Sequence record: PQ850599.1
Length of the DNA: 39,042 nucleotides
Direction: 5' to 3' (one strand)
DNA from: Escherichia phage CurroJimenez_Bas106
Under the pieces are notes generated by a model, which worked only from the letters and a program-made list of their open reading frames with translations, searched no databases and was not told where the DNA came from. The position numbers and the translations under genes were made by a program. The number at the start of each line of letters is the position of its first letter. Within the stretch, counting starts at the first letter, position 1. This document shows positions 29,427 to 37,932 of this stretch, in pieces.

Positions 29427-29705
29427 ATGCAACTTACAAGTACTCGCAAGAAAGCGAATGCAATTACAAGCAACATCCTGAATCGAATTGCTGTACGTGG
29501 TCAGCGAAAGGTTGTCGACGCGTTAGGGATTAATGAATCGCAAATTTCGCGATGGAAAGACAGCTTCATCCCAAAAATGGGAATGCTTCTGGCTGTTCTT
29601 GAATGGGGTGTTGAAGACGAGGAGTTGGCGGAACTGGCTAAGAAAGTAGCCAGAATGCTGACAAAAGAAAAAGCCCCGAAGAACGGCGAATTCTTCGAGG
29701 CCTGA
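29427..29705 (+). CDS. cII: CII transcriptional activator (lambda-like)
   Basis: 92 aa from ATG 29427 (AAGGA SD); KSQISRWK..IPKMGMLLAVLEWGV matches lambda CII; the upstream leader matches lambda nutR/tR1. Confidence 0.85.
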   Translation: MQLTSTRKKANAITSNILNRIAVRGQRKVVDALGINESQISRWKDSFIPKMGMLLAVLEWGVEDEELAELAKKVARMLTKEKAPKNGEFFEA

Positions 29706-29739
29706 TGTAGAAAGACTGGATCAATCCACAGGAGTAATT

Positions 29740-30384
29740 ATGACATACGAAAATGACAAATTCCAGGTTCTGAAGAGCATGAAGGTGCCAGATGATTTTA
29801 AATCAAATGGCTTTGTTTATGTGCTTTCTAATGAGTGCATGCCAGGAATTTATAAGATTGGGATGACTAAGCATTCACCAGAAGTTAGGGCTAAAGAAAT
29901 TTCAGCCTCTACTGGCGTTCCTAAGCCATTTAAGGTGATAGCAGCCTTTCATTCAAATAATCCCGCATCAGATGAAAAACTCATTCATAAAGCCTTTGCA
30001 AAAGAGAGGCTTAGTGATAATCGAGAGTTTTTCAAGCTTGAAGATAATGAGCTTTCTGAATCTCTAAATGAAATAAGGGCGCTGGTTGGCCCTGAAAGAA
30101 ATGGCGAGACGGCAGAATACGCAATTTACGACTCATTCATTTCTTTTCGCCATGAAAATGAGCTTGATCTTAATGAGGAGCTTATAGAGCAAGGTCTGGG
30201 TAGTGTAGTTGGTCATCTTCCTGCGGTGAAAAATTTCCTTATTCGCGCCGGAATTGATTACGCGAAGCAACTGATAAGCAAATATAACTCATCGATAGTT
30301 ATTAATACAGATGGCAGTGTGGTGATGGTTAAGTCTCTTGAAGCCCAATGCTTTGATGCGGAGGTTGGAAATGAGCCTGGCTGA
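29740..30384 (+). CDS. T5orf172 / GIY-YIG-like domain protein (putative nuclease), inserted between cII and O
   Basis: 214 aa; AGGAG SD; N-terminal NGFVYVLSNECMPGIYKIGMTKHSPEVRAKEI...EFFKL fits the GIY-YIG-like T5orf172 pattern; 3' end overlaps O start by 14 nt. Confidence 0.65.
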   Translation: MTYENDKFQVLKSMKVPDDFKSNGFVYVLSNECMPGIYKIGMTKHSPEVRAKEISASTGVPKPFKVIAAFHSNNPASDEKLIHKAFAKERLSDNREFFKLEDNELSESLNEIRALVGPERNGETAEYAIYDSFISFRHENELDLNEELIEQGLGSVVGHLPAVKNFLIRAGIDYAKQLISKYNSSIVINTDGSVVMVKSLEAQCFDAEVGNEPG

Positions 30385-31213
30385 AGTATTTTACCTGTCG
30401 AAGAGTGAACCTGTTGAACAGGAGCGAAGAGTGGCTGATATCGATGATGGTTACACCAGATTCGCTAACGAGCTGCTGGAAGCTATCGCAAGTGCTGATT
30501 TAACCGCTCGCCAGTTGAAAGTTATGCTGGCCTACGTCCGGAAAACATATGGATTCAATAAGAAAACAGATCGAATAGCCGATGAGCAAATTGCTCAGTT
30601 AACAGGACTGTCAAGGCAGAATGTTAACAAGGCTAAAAAAGAACTGATTTCAATGAATTGCCTGTTTATGGATGGAAATCAAATCGGTGTAAACAGTGAG
30701 GTATCTGCGTGGCAATTCAGCAAGTGTCTCCAAGTTAGCAACTTTGTCTCGAAGTTAGAGACAAAAAATGTCTCCAAATTAGAGACACTCAATGTCTCGA
30801 AGTTAGAGACACACAAAAGACATTCTTTAAAGACAAAAGAAAATATTAATAAACCCCCTATATCCCCCAAAAAAGTTTCTCAGAAGTTCGACCCGCTAGA
30901 AACAGAGTTGCCTGATTGGTTATCAGCAGAAACATGGTTGTCGTGGGTTACCTATCGCAAGGAGATAGGTAAGTCGATCAAGTCTAAGCAAAGTGTCACT
31001 CAGGCTATCAACGTTCTAAGCAGAAGTCTGGAGAAGGGATATACACCTGAAGAAATTATAAACCAGAGCATCGCCAGTGGTTGGCAGGGGATTTTTGAAC
31101 CCAAGACTCCAAAGGGGAAATCTCAACCGAGGCCGCAGCAGCGAGCTATGCAGGAAAACTTTGCCGCCAAAGATTACGGGCAAACTGAAATGCCTTCATG
31201 GGCGCAGGAGTGA
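30371..31213 (+). CDS. O: replication initiator O-like protein
   Basis: Start ATG 30371 with GAGG SD; N-domain ARQLKVMLAYVRKTYGFNKK...LTGLSRQNVNKAKKEL is lambda-O-like; gene contains four iterons plus an AT-rich tract. Confidence 0.8.
   Translation: MSLAEVFYLSKSEPVEQERRVADIDDGYTRFANELLEAIASADLTARQLKVMLAYVRKTYGFNKKTDRIADEQIAQLTGLSRQNVNKAKKELISMNCLFMDGNQIGVNSEVSAWQFSKCLQVSNFVSKLETKNVSKLETLNVSKLETHKRHSLKTKENINKPPISPKKVSQKFDPLETELPDWLSAETWLSWVTYRKEIGKSIKSKQSVTQAINVLSRSLEKGYTPEEIINQSIASGWQGIFEPKTPKGKSQPRPQQRAMQENFAAKDYGQTEMPSWAQE
30725..30855 (+). repeat. replication origin inside O: four ~19-bp iterons plus AT-rich tract
   Basis: TGTCTCCAAGTTAGCAAC (30725), TGTCTCGAAGTTAGAGACA (30745), TGTCTCCAAATTAGAGACA (30769), TGTCTCGAAGTTAGAGACA (30793), spaced 20-24 bp, then AT-rich 30812-30855; encodes the repeated VSKLET peptide in O. 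Confidence 0.8.
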
Positions 31214-31215
31214 AT

Positions 31216-32109
31216 ATGAATACGACAAATGGTTACAATCTGGCACTGCAAAGGCAACTTGTAGACTCAAAAATCAATGACATTTCTGATCTGAAACAGA
31301 AACTTGAGTTTAGCAAAATTGGATCAGCATCAGATGGAATGTCAGTTACCAGCACAGTGGAAGAGTGCGAGAAACACGGTAAATATACTTCCTATGAGAA
31401 ATATCTGACCATCTCAGGAAAAAGAATTACTTCAAGTAAATCTGAGTGCCCACAGTGCCTTGAGGAGAAAATTCGTAAGAAAGAGATTGAACGTGAGCAG
31501 GCAGAACAAAGAGCAAGACAATCAAAAATTGAATATTTGTTGAATTCTCTCAATATTCCAGAGAGGTTCAAAAATTGCACTCTTCAGAATTATGAGCCTG
31601 TTAACGATGATGCAAAGCGAGTTCTTAAGGTATGCCAGGCATATGCCAGTAAGTGGCCTGAACGCCTTCAGAAAGGTGGCGGACTGGTCATGTGTGGTAA
31701 GCCTGGAACTGGAAAGAACCACCTTGCACTGGCTATCGCTAGGCACGCCATTATCGAGCATCAAAGCTCTGTGATATTTACCACTGCGTTGAAAATTGCC
31801 AGAGAGTACAAATCAACATGGTCTAAGGCCGCAACCAGAACTGAAGAAGAAGTCATTAGGCAATTTACGCATCCTGACTTGTTAATAATCGATGAGGTTG
31901 GCGTGCAGTTCGGCAGTGATGCTGAAAAGCTAATCATGTTCGAAATTATCAACACCAGATATGAATACATGAAGCCAACAATCCTGATTAGTAATCAGAG
32001 CAAAGATGAACTTTCGGCATTCATTGGTGAGCGTGTTATTGACAGGATGAATGATGGCGGCGGATGCACCCTTGCGTTTACATGGGATAGTTACAGGAGC
32101 AGATCGTGA
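31216..32109 (+). CDS. DnaC-like helicase loader (AAA+ ATPase)
   Basis: Start ATG 31216 with GGAG SD; Walker A GKPGTGKNHLALAIA and Walker B LLIIDEVG; N-terminal Cys pairs. Confidence 0.8.
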   Translation: MNTTNGYNLALQRQLVDSKINDISDLKQKLEFSKIGSASDGMSVTSTVEECEKHGKYTSYEKYLTISGKRITSSKSECPQCLEEKIRKKEIEREQAEQRARQSKIEYLLNSLNIPERFKNCTLQNYEPVNDDAKRVLKVCQAYASKWPERLQKGGGLVMCGKPGTGKNHLALAIARHAIIEHQSSVIFTTALKIAREYKSTWSKAATRTEEEVIRQFTHPDLLIIDEVGVQFGSDAEKLIMFEIINTRYEYMKPTILISNQSKDELSAFIGERVIDRMNDGGGCTLAFTWDSYRSRS

Positions 32110-32396
32110 CTGGAAAAGAAATCATCCTGGAATATCTGAAAACTCATGAACAATTCTCCCCACATGAATTAGCTCTGATCACCGGAATACCAAATAACAG
32201 AATCGCTCAAGCAGCAAGGCATATGGTGAAACAAGGGCATTTGAGTGTTGTTGAGCGTAAGTGGAAGACGGTTATTTATGCGAAACGCAAAGTGAAGAAG
32301 GAGCCAATTAAAAGAAATCCAGATGGTACGGGGTGGGGATGTGCAAATCCAATGACGGCGTTTATTAATAGGGCGCTTATGGAGGTAAGGCAATGA
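32106..32396 (+). CDS. hypothetical protein (96 aa), possible winged-helix
   Basis: GTG start overlapping loader stop (GTGA); no family recognised. Confidence 0.45.
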   Translation: MTGKEIILEYLKTHEQFSPHELALITGIPNNRIAQAARHMVKQGHLSVVERKWKTVIYAKRKVKKEPIKRNPDGTGWGCANPMTAFINRALMEVRQ

Positions 32397-32662
32397 ATAA
32401 AAAACAATTAGCCATTCTCGAAAAGGCATGGGATGCACAAATATCATGCGCTTTGAAAGAACAGGCACTACCAATAATCCAGACCAAATCGAAAATAGCC
32501 AGGCAGTTATGCGATGACGGATTCCTGAACGAAGTTGAGATTACGCGCCAGATGGTAACGTTCAAAGGGTATGAGATAAATCATCATGGTATAGCGGCGT
32601 ATTGCTCCCACCTTCCTGATGACGTTGACATTGATGAAATGGAAAGGGAGATGAAGCAATGA
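32393..32662 (+). CDS. hypothetical protein (89 aa)
   Basis: ATGA overlap with upstream gene; followed by a rho-independent terminator. Confidence 0.5.
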   Translation: MNKKQLAILEKAWDAQISCALKEQALPIIQTKSKIARQLCDDGFLNEVEITRQMVTFKGYEINHHGIAAYCSHLPDDVDIDEMEREMKQ

Positions 32663-32687
32663 CCATCTACATCACTGAGCTAATAAC

Positions 32688-32718
32688 AGGCCTGCTGGTA
32701 ATCGCAGGCCTTTTTATT
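32688..32718 (+). terminator. rho-independent terminator in the nin region
   Basis: AGGCCTGC-TGGTAATC-GCAGGCCT hairpin followed by TTTTTATTT. Confidence 0.8.
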
Positions 32719-32748
32719 TGGGGGAGAGGGAATTGGAGGCTTTAAGAA

Positions 32749-32964
32749 ATGAGTACGATAGCTGAGCTTGTCAGGGCTAATTTTCGTGAAGAGTTGGTGC
32801 GTTGGTATCGGTATCGTTCATCGTCCAGTTTGCCGATTGATGAGTTGTATGAGCATTCACCTGCTGCACGACGCTATCCGCGTGACCGTGTTCTTCGACG
32901 GTTGTCCAAACTCAACAATGAGTTTCAGCGCAACAGAATTATTCGGAGTCTGGATTTAAAGTAA
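32749..32964 (+). CDS. hypothetical protein (71 aa)
   Basis: ATG with GGAGG-type SD; Arg-rich. Confidence 0.45.
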   Translation: MSTIAELVRANFREELVRWYRYRSSSSLPIDELYEHSPAARRYPRDRVLRRLSKLNNEFQRNRIIRSLDLK

Positions 32965-32974
32965 AGGAGTGAGC

Positions 32975-33181
32975 ATGACAAATCAGCAGCAAATAGAGTT
33001 CATCCTTGAGCAGATTCGAAAAATGCGAGAAAAGAACCAGCCAGACATGATGGAAATATGGAGACGCCAGCAGGAAGAATACCGCAAGCATATTTTTGGT
33101 GAGAGAAAACAGGATGACTGGAGCCTATATGGCTATGGCACCAGGACAAATAAAAACGGATATAGCCTTTACACATATTGA
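32975..33181 (+). CDS. hypothetical protein (68 aa)
   Basis: ATG at 32975 with AAGGAG SD 5 nt upstream (ORF-track GTG at 32969 disfavoured). Confidence 0.45.
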   Translation: MTNQQQIEFILEQIRKMREKNQPDMMEIWRRQQEEYRKHIFGERKQDDWSLYGYGTRTNKNGYSLYTY

Positions 33182-33189
33182 GGAATTCC

Positions 33190-33600
33190 ATGAAACAGAC
33201 AATTTTCCTCAGGAGTAAGCAACAACAGCAAGCCGCAATCACCGCCATCCTCGCAACACCACTCGATAAAGACAAGCCAGTTACCATCCGCATTACTGAC
33301 TACAAGCGCAACCTTGACCAGAACGCAAAATTTCACGCGATGCTGGCGGATATCGCAAGTCAGGTTCAATGGTGCGGCAAATGGTTAAAACCAGAACAAT
33401 GGAAGGTTTTGTTGATAAGCGGTCATGCAGTGGCAACAAAGCAGGAAGCTGATGTTTTGCCCGGGCTTGAAGGCGAATACGTCAACATTCGCGAAAGTAG
33501 CGCGCAGATGAGCGTGAAGCGCATGGCAAGCCTGATTGAGTACACGACAGCATGGGCTATTGGTCAGGGTGTCAGATTTACCGACAGGAGGTACGAATGA
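33190..33600 (+). CDS. ninB: NinB (Orf-family recombination mediator)
   Basis: 136 aa from ATG 33190; [27 protein letters not shown] resembles lambda NinB. Confidence 0.75.
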   Translation: MKQTIFLRSKQQQQAAITAILATPLDKDKPVTIRITDYKRNLDQNAKFHAMLADIASQVQWCGKWLKPEQWKVLLISGHAVATKQEADVLPGLEGEYVNIRESSAQMSVKRMASLIEYTTAWAIGQGVRFTDRRYE

Positions 33601-33779
33601 GACGACAGCGACGAAGCATCACCGACATCATCTGCGAAAACTGCAAATACCTTCCAACGAAACGCTCCAGAAATAAACGCAAGCCAATCCCAAAAGAATC
33701 TGACGTAAAAACCTTCAACTACACGGCTCACCTGTGGGATATCCGGTGGCTTAGAGAACGTGCGAGGAAAACAAGGTGA
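33597..33779 (+). CDS. ninE: NinE
   Basis: 60 aa [32 protein letters not shown]..., near-identical to lambda NinE as recalled; ATGA overlap with ninB stop; AGGAGG SD. Confidence 0.8.
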   Translation: MRRQRRSITDIICENCKYLPTKRSRNKRKPIPKESDVKTFNYTAHLWDIRWLRERARKTR

Positions 33780-33946
33780 TTGACCAAAATCGAAGTTACG
33801 AACAAGGAAGTGTCGAGCGAGCTTTAACGTGCGCTAACTGCGGTCAGAAGCTGCATGTGCTGGAAGTTCACGTGTGTGAGCGCTGCTGTACAGAACTGAT
33901 GAGTGATCCGAATAGCTCAATGTACGAGGAAGAAGACGATGGCTAA
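33776..33946 (+). CDS. ninF: NinF
   Basis: Manually translated 56 aa (GTG start overlapping ninE stop): [35 protein letters not shown]..., matching lambda NinF. Confidence 0.65.
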   Translation: MIDQNRSYEQGSVERALTCANCGQKLHVLEVHVCERCCTELMSDPNSSMYEEEDDG

Positions 33947-34550
33947 ACCAGCGCGAAGACGATGTAAAAACGATGAATGTCGGGAATGGTTTCACCCTGC
34001 ATTCGCTAATCAGTGGTGGTGCTCTCCAGAGTGTGGAACAAAGATAGCACTCGAACGACGAAGCAAAGAACGCGAAAAAGCGGAAAAAGCAGCAGAGAAG
34101 AAACGGCGACGAGAGGAGCAGAAACAGAAAGATAAACTTAAGATTCGAAAACTCGCCTTAAAGCCCCGCAGTTACTGGATTAAACAAGCCCAACAAGCCG
34201 TAAACGCCTTCATCAGAGAAAGAGACCGCGACTTACCATGTATCTCGTGCGGAACGCTCACGTCTGCTCAGTGGGATGCCGGGCATTACCGGACAACTGC
34301 TGCGGCACCTCAACTCCGATTTGATGAACGCAATATTCACAAGCAATGCGTGGTGTGCAACCAGCATAAAAGCGGAAATCTCGTTCCGTATCGCGTCGAA
34401 CTGATTAATCGCATCGGGCAGGAAGCAGTAGACGAAATCGAATCAAACCATAACCGCCATCGCTGGACTGTCGAAGAGTGCAGGGCCATCAAGGCGGAGT
34501 ATCAGCAGAAACTCAAAGACCTGCGAAATAGCAGAAGTGAGGCCGCATGA
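33939..34550 (+). CDS. ninG: NinG (Rap, recombination-associated endonuclease)
   Basis: 203 aa from [33 protein letters not shown], near-identical to lambda NinG as recalled. Confidence 0.85.
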   Translation: MAKPARRRCKNDECREWFHPAFANQWWCSPECGTKIALERRSKEREKAEKAAEKKRRREEQKQKDKLKIRKLALKPRSYWIKQAQQAVNAFIRERDRDLPCISCGTLTSAQWDAGHYRTTAAAPQLRFDERNIHKQCVVCNQHKSGNLVPYRVELINRIGQEAVDEIESNHNRHRWTVEECRAIKAEYQQKLKDLRNSRSEAA

Positions 34551-34753
34551 CGTTCTCAGTAAAAACCATTCCAGACATGCTCGTTGAAGCATACGGAAAC
34601 CAGACAGAAGTAGCACGCAGACTGAAATGTAGTCGCGGTACGGTCAGAAAATACGTTGATGATAAAGACGGGAAAATGCACGCCATCGTCAACGACGTTC
34701 TCATGGTTCATCGCGGATGGAGTGAAAGAGATGCGCTATTACGAAAGAATTGA
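34547..34753 (+). CDS. ninH: NinH
   Basis: 68 aa, ATGA overlap with ninG; matches lambda NinH by order and length. Confidence 0.75.
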   Translation: MTFSVKTIPDMLVEAYGNQTEVARRLKCSRGTVRKYVDDKDGKMHAIVNDVLMVHRGWSERDALLRKN

Positions 34754-35402
34754 TGGCAGCAAATACCGAAATATTTGGGTAGTTGGCGATCTGCACGGAT
34801 GCTACACGAACCTGATGAAAAAACTGGAGACGATAGGATTCGACACCAAAAAAGACCTGCTTATCTCGGTTGGCGATTTGGTTGATCGCGGTACAGAGAA
34901 CGTCGAATGTCTGGAATTAATCACATTCCCCTGGTTCAGAGCTGTACGTGGAAACCATGAGCACATGATGATTGATGGCTTATCAGAGCGTGGAAACGTT
35001 AATCACTGGCTGCTTAATGGCGGTAGTTGGTTCTTTAATCTCGATTACGACAAAGAAATTCTGGCTAAAGCTCTTGCCCATAAAGCAGATGAACTTCCGT
35101 TAATCATTGAACTGGTGAGCAAAGGTAAAAAATATGTCATCTGCCACGCCGATTATCCTTGTGACGAATACGAGTTTGGAAAGCCAGTTGATCATCAGCA
35201 GGTAATCTGGAACCGCGAACGAATCAGCAACTCACAAGACGGGATCGTGAAAGAAATCAAAGGAGCGGACACGTTCATCTTTGGTCATACGCCAGCAGTG
35301 AAACCACTCAAGTTTGCCAACCAGATGTATATCGATACCGGCGCAGTGTTCTGCGGAAACCTCACATTGATTCAGGTACAGGGAGAAGGCGCATGGGCAT
35401 AA
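34731..35402 (+). CDS. ninI: NinI Ser/Thr protein phosphatase (lambda PPase-like)
   Basis: 223 aa from [24 protein letters not shown]; metallophosphatase motifs GDLHG, GDLVDRG, GNHE. Confidence 0.85.
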   Translation: MRYYERIDGSKYRNIWVVGDLHGCYTNLMKKLETIGFDTKKDLLISVGDLVDRGTENVECLELITFPWFRAVRGNHEHMMIDGLSERGNVNHWLLNGGSWFFNLDYDKEILAKALAHKADELPLIIELVSKGKKYVICHADYPCDEYEFGKPVDHQQVIWNRERISNSQDGIVKEIKGADTFIFGHTPAVKPLKFANQMYIDTGAVFCGNLTLIQVQGEGAWA

Positions 35403-35911
35403 GAGAACTAAACCTCACCAAAGAGCAGCACGAGTGGCTGAATGGCTGGCTTGAACTGTGGGGCGCATGGGTTTATTCAGGTCGTCTGGAAAAGCGCATG
35501 AGCAGCGTAATAGCGAAGTTCATGGAGAGCGTAGAGCCGGGAAGAGTTATGACAAGGCCAATGTGTAATGATGATGATGGAATGTTGATTTCTCAGGTCG
35601 TCGATTCCGTCATGTGCATTGACAAGAAAGCCTTTGGCATCCTCCTCAGCTACTACGCTCATGGTTCATCTAAGCGAGCAATTGCATCCTACTATCACGC
35701 GACTGCAAAGCCACGCAAGATGTGTGGACGTGGTGGTGAGGGATGGAGAAAACCTTCACTGGCAACCTGTAGAAATGAAATTGACGACATCCTGAAAGCG
35801 TCGTTATTTGTTTTGTACCAACCAATGCAAAATGCTTTCAAAATGCGTAAACGTGTTGAGAAAGTTAAGCATGTTGCTGTTAAAAGCCTTGACATGCAAT
35901 TAGCCATTTAG
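35393..35911 (+). CDS. Q: late antiterminator Q (phage 21/933W/P22 gp23-type, not lambda-Q type)
   Basis: 172 aa; WLELWGAWV...[12 protein letters not shown] resembles the 933W-type Q antiterminator; late promoter and tRNAs follow. Confidence 0.7.
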   Translation: MGIRELNLTKEQHEWLNGWLELWGAWVYSGRLEKRMSSVIAKFMESVEPGRVMTRPMCNDDDGMLISQVVDSVMCIDKKAFGILLSYYAHGSSKRAIASYYHATAKPRKMCGRGGEGWRKPSLATCRNEIDDILKASLFVLYQPMQNAFKMRKRVEKVKHVAVKSLDMQLAI

Positions 35912-35918
35912 CCATAAT
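35889..35918 (+). promoter_or_regulatory. late promoter pR'-like
   Basis: -35 TTGACA (35889-35894), 18-bp spacer, -10 CATAAT (35913-35918), at the 3' end of Q and upstream of the tRNAs and lysis genes. Confidence 0.5.
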
Positions 35919-35927
35919 TAGAGGGTA

Positions 35928-35970
35928 AGCTGCCGTTAGTGACTCTTAAGTTGCAACGGTGGCTTTTTTT
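35928..35970 (+). terminator. candidate tR'-like terminator downstream of the late promoter
   Basis: Imperfect stem GCTGCCGTT...AACGGTGGC (two G-U pairs) followed by TTTTTTTATTT; stem assignment uncertain. Confidence 0.4.
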
Positions 35971-35974
35971 ATTT

Positions 35975-36049
35975 GGGTCAGTCGTATAAAGGTCATTACG
36001 GAAGGCTGTTAACCTTCTTATCGTGGTTCGAGTCCACGCTGTCCCGCCA
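35975..36049 (+). tRNA. tRNA-Asn (anticodon GUU)
   Basis: Hand-folded 75 nt cloverleaf: acceptor GGGTCAG/CTGTCCC (one T-T mismatch), anticodon stem GAAGG/CCTTC, loop CTGTTAA, T-arm CGTGG-TTCGAGT-CCACG, discriminator G, encoded CCA. Confidence 0.7.
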
Positions 36050-36054
36050 AATAT

Positions 36055-36130
36055 GCTGGTTTAGCTCCAATGGTAGAGCAGTCGCCTTGTAAGCGAATGG
36101 GTAGCGGTTCAAGTCCGTTAACCAGCACCA
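36055..36130 (+). tRNA. tRNA-Thr (anticodon UGU)
   Basis: Hand-folded 76 nt cloverleaf: perfect acceptor GCTGGTT/AACCAGC, D-stem GCTC/GAGC, anticodon loop CTTGTAA, T-arm AGCGG-TTCAAGT-CCGTT, discriminator A, encoded CCA. Confidence 0.75.
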
Positions 36131-36219
36131 TAACTGAGCCGTAGCCACTGGCTATCCTGAACTCATCAGTGATAGTTACGCTGCGGCCTTCTACACATGA
36201 TCTTCGTGAAAGCGGGTGA

Positions 36220-36253
36220 CAGGAGGTCGCGCTAACAACCTCCTGCCGTTTTG
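36220..36253 (+). terminator. terminator-like hairpin between tRNAs and holin
   Basis: CAGGAGG-(12 nt loop)-CCTCCTG followed by CCGTTTTGCC. Confidence 0.45.
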
Positions 36254-36372
36254 CCCGTGCATATCGGTCACGAACAAATCTGATTACTAAACACAGTAGC
36301 CTGGATTTGTTCTATCAGTAATCGACCTTATTCCTAATTAAATAGAGCAAATCCCCTTATTGGGGGTAAGAC

Positions 36373-36696
36373 ATGAAGATGCCAGAAAAACATGACCTGT
36401 TAGCCGCCATTCTCGCGGCAAAGGAACAAGGCATCGGGGCAATCCTTGCGTTTGCAATGGCGTACCTTCGCGGCAGATATAATGGCGGTGCGTTTACAAA
36501 AACAGTAATCGACGCAACGATGTGCGCCATTATCGCCTGGTTCATTCGTGACCTTCTCGACTTCGCCGGACTAAGTAGCAATCTCGCTTATATAACGAGC
36601 GTGTTCATCGGCTACATCGGTACTGACTCGATTGGTTCGCTTATCAAACGCTTCGCTGCTAAAAAAGCCGGAGTAGAAGATGGTGGAAATCAATAA
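36373..36696 (+). CDS. S: holin S (lambda-type, dual-start S107/S105)
   Basis: 107 aa [34 protein letters not shown]..., near-identical to lambda S including the Met1-Lys2-Met3 dual start. Confidence 0.95.
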   Translation: MKMPEKHDLLAAILAAKEQGIGAILAFAMAYLRGRYNGGAFTKTVIDATMCAIIAWFIRDLLDFAGLSSNLAYITSVFIGYIGTDSIGSLIKRFAAKKAGVEDGGNQ

Positions 36697-37156
36697 TCAA
36701 CGTAAGGCGTTCCTCGATATGCTGGCGTGGTCAGAGGGAACTGATAACGGACGGCAGAAAACCAGAAATCATGGTTATGACGTCATTGTAGGCGGAGAGC
36801 TATTCACTGATTACTCTGATCACCCTCGCAAACTTGTCACGCTAAACCCAAAACTCAAATCAACAGCCGCCGGGCGCTACCAGCTTCTTTCCCGTTGGTG
36901 GGATGCCTATCGTAAGCAGCTTGGCCTGAAAGACTTCTCTCCGAAAAGCCAGGACGCTGTGGCATTGCAGCAGATTAAGGAGCGTGGCGCTTTACCGATG
37001 ATTGATCGCGGTGATATCCGTCAGGCAATCGACCGTTGCAGCAATATCTGGGCTTCACTGCCGGGGGCTGGTTATGGTCAGTTCGAGCATAAGGCTGACA
37101 ACCTGATTGCAAAATTCAAAGAAGCTGGCGGAATGGTCAGAGAGATTGAGGTATGA
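36680..37156 (+). CDS. R: endolysin R (lytic transglycosylase, lambda-type)
   Basis: 158 aa [34 protein letters not shown]..., near-identical to lambda R. Confidence 0.95.
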   Translation: MVEINNQRKAFLDMLAWSEGTDNGRQKTRNHGYDVIVGGELFTDYSDHPRKLVTLNPKLKSTAAGRYQLLSRWWDAYRKQLGLKDFSPKSQDAVALQQIKERGALPMIDRGDIRQAIDRCSNIWASLPGAGYGQFEHKADNLIAKFKEAGGMVREIEV

Positions 37157-37590
37157 GCAGAGTAACCGCGATTATCTCCGCTCTGGTTATCTGCATCATC
37201 GTCTGCCTGTCATGGGCTGTTAATCACTACCGTGATAACGCCATCGCCTACAAAGAGCAGCGCGATAAGGCCGCATCCACAATTGCTGACATGCAGAAGC
37301 GTCAACGTGATGTAGCAGAACTCGACGCCAGATACACAAAGGAGCTTGCTGATGCTAACGAGACTATCGAAAGTCTCCGTGCTGATGTTTCTGCTGGTCG
37401 TAAGCGCCTGCAAGTCGCCGCCACCTGTGCAAAGTCAACGACCGGAGCCAGCGGCATGGGCGATGGAGAAAGCCCAGGACTTACAGCAGATGCTGAACTC
37501 AATTATTACCGTCTCAGAAGTGGAATCGACAGGTTAACCGCGCAGGTTAACTACCTGCAGGAATACATCAGGACGCAATGCCTTCGATGA
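37153..37590 (+). CDS. Rz: spanin, inner-membrane subunit Rz
   Basis: 145 aa; N-terminal TM helix then coiled coil; lambda-Rz-like N-terminus; overlaps R stop. Confidence 0.85.
   Translation: MSRVTAIISALVICIIVCLSWAVNHYRDNAIAYKEQRDKAASTIADMQKRQRDVAELDARYTKELADANETIESLRADVSAGRKRLQVAATCAKSTTGASGMGDGESPGLTADAELNYYRLRSGIDRLTAQVNYLQEYIRTQCLR
37346..37537 (+). CDS. Rz1: spanin, outer-membrane lipoprotein subunit Rz1 (embedded in Rz, +1 frame)
   Basis: 63 aa; lipobox LVVSAC followed by Pro-rich mature region; fully embedded in Rz as in lambda. Confidence 0.75.
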   Translation: MLMLTRLSKVSVLMFLLVVSACKSPPPVQSQRPEPAAWAMEKAQDLQQMLNSIITVSEVESTG

Positions 37591-37765
37591 TAGCGATAAT
37601 TTTACTCATCATCCTTCACATCTGGCTCTGTAGACAGGGTGGTGATCACTTCTGGAGTGAATCCAGATTAAACATCTCATTGCTGATGCTTGATATTGAG
37701 CATCTGGCGCGCGGTAAGGGGCTGCGTTGAGATAAGAGCCAGTTCATTACAAATACCAGGATTTA

Positions 37766-37790
37766 GCCTCGCATTCGCGGGGCTTTTTAT
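37766..37790 (+). terminator. rho-independent terminator downstream of Rz
   Basis: GCCTCGC-ATTC-GCGGGGC hairpin (one G-U pair) followed by TTTTTAT. Confidence 0.6.
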
Positions 37791-37932
37791 ATCTGAATTT
37801 CACAGCGCATCTCACGCGCATATTAACGAGAGCCTTTCAGTAAGCGAGCCTGAGAAATGCCGTTATAGGTGGCGACCTCTCTCGGGCGGCTTTTCTGTGA
37901 GACAGGCTCACTTTCTAAAAGGTAAAGACGCT

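Noticed and set aside
29648-29739. Possible OOP-like antisense RNA terminator at the 3' end of cII
   Set aside because: A GC-rich hairpin plus T-run can be drawn on the minus strand, but the stem is ambiguous and I could not identify a convincing pO promoter; not reported as a feature.
30725-30811. Evenly spaced repeats that could be mistaken for a CRISPR array
   Set aside because: Only four ~19-bp internally palindromic units inside the O gene followed by an AT-rich tract: a lambda-type iteron origin. No cas genes or CRISPR array anywhere in the window.
32659-32745. 28-codon hydrophobic ORF (MTIYITELITGLLVIAGLFIWGRGNWRL)
   Set aside because: It is almost entirely the stem-loop and T-run of the terminator at 32688-32718; the hydrophobicity is a by-product of the GC-stem and T-tract.
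36131-36372. Possible third tRNA between tRNA-Thr and the holin gene
   Set aside because: No T-arm (GTTCRANYC) or acceptor-stem complementarity found; the region holds only a terminator-like hairpin and the S leader.
37690-37932. 5' extension of the rha ORF in the ORF track (start at 37690)
   Set aside because: The extension crosses the terminator at 37766-37790 and has no homology; the Rha-like sequence begins at the ATG at 37933, which has an RBS.
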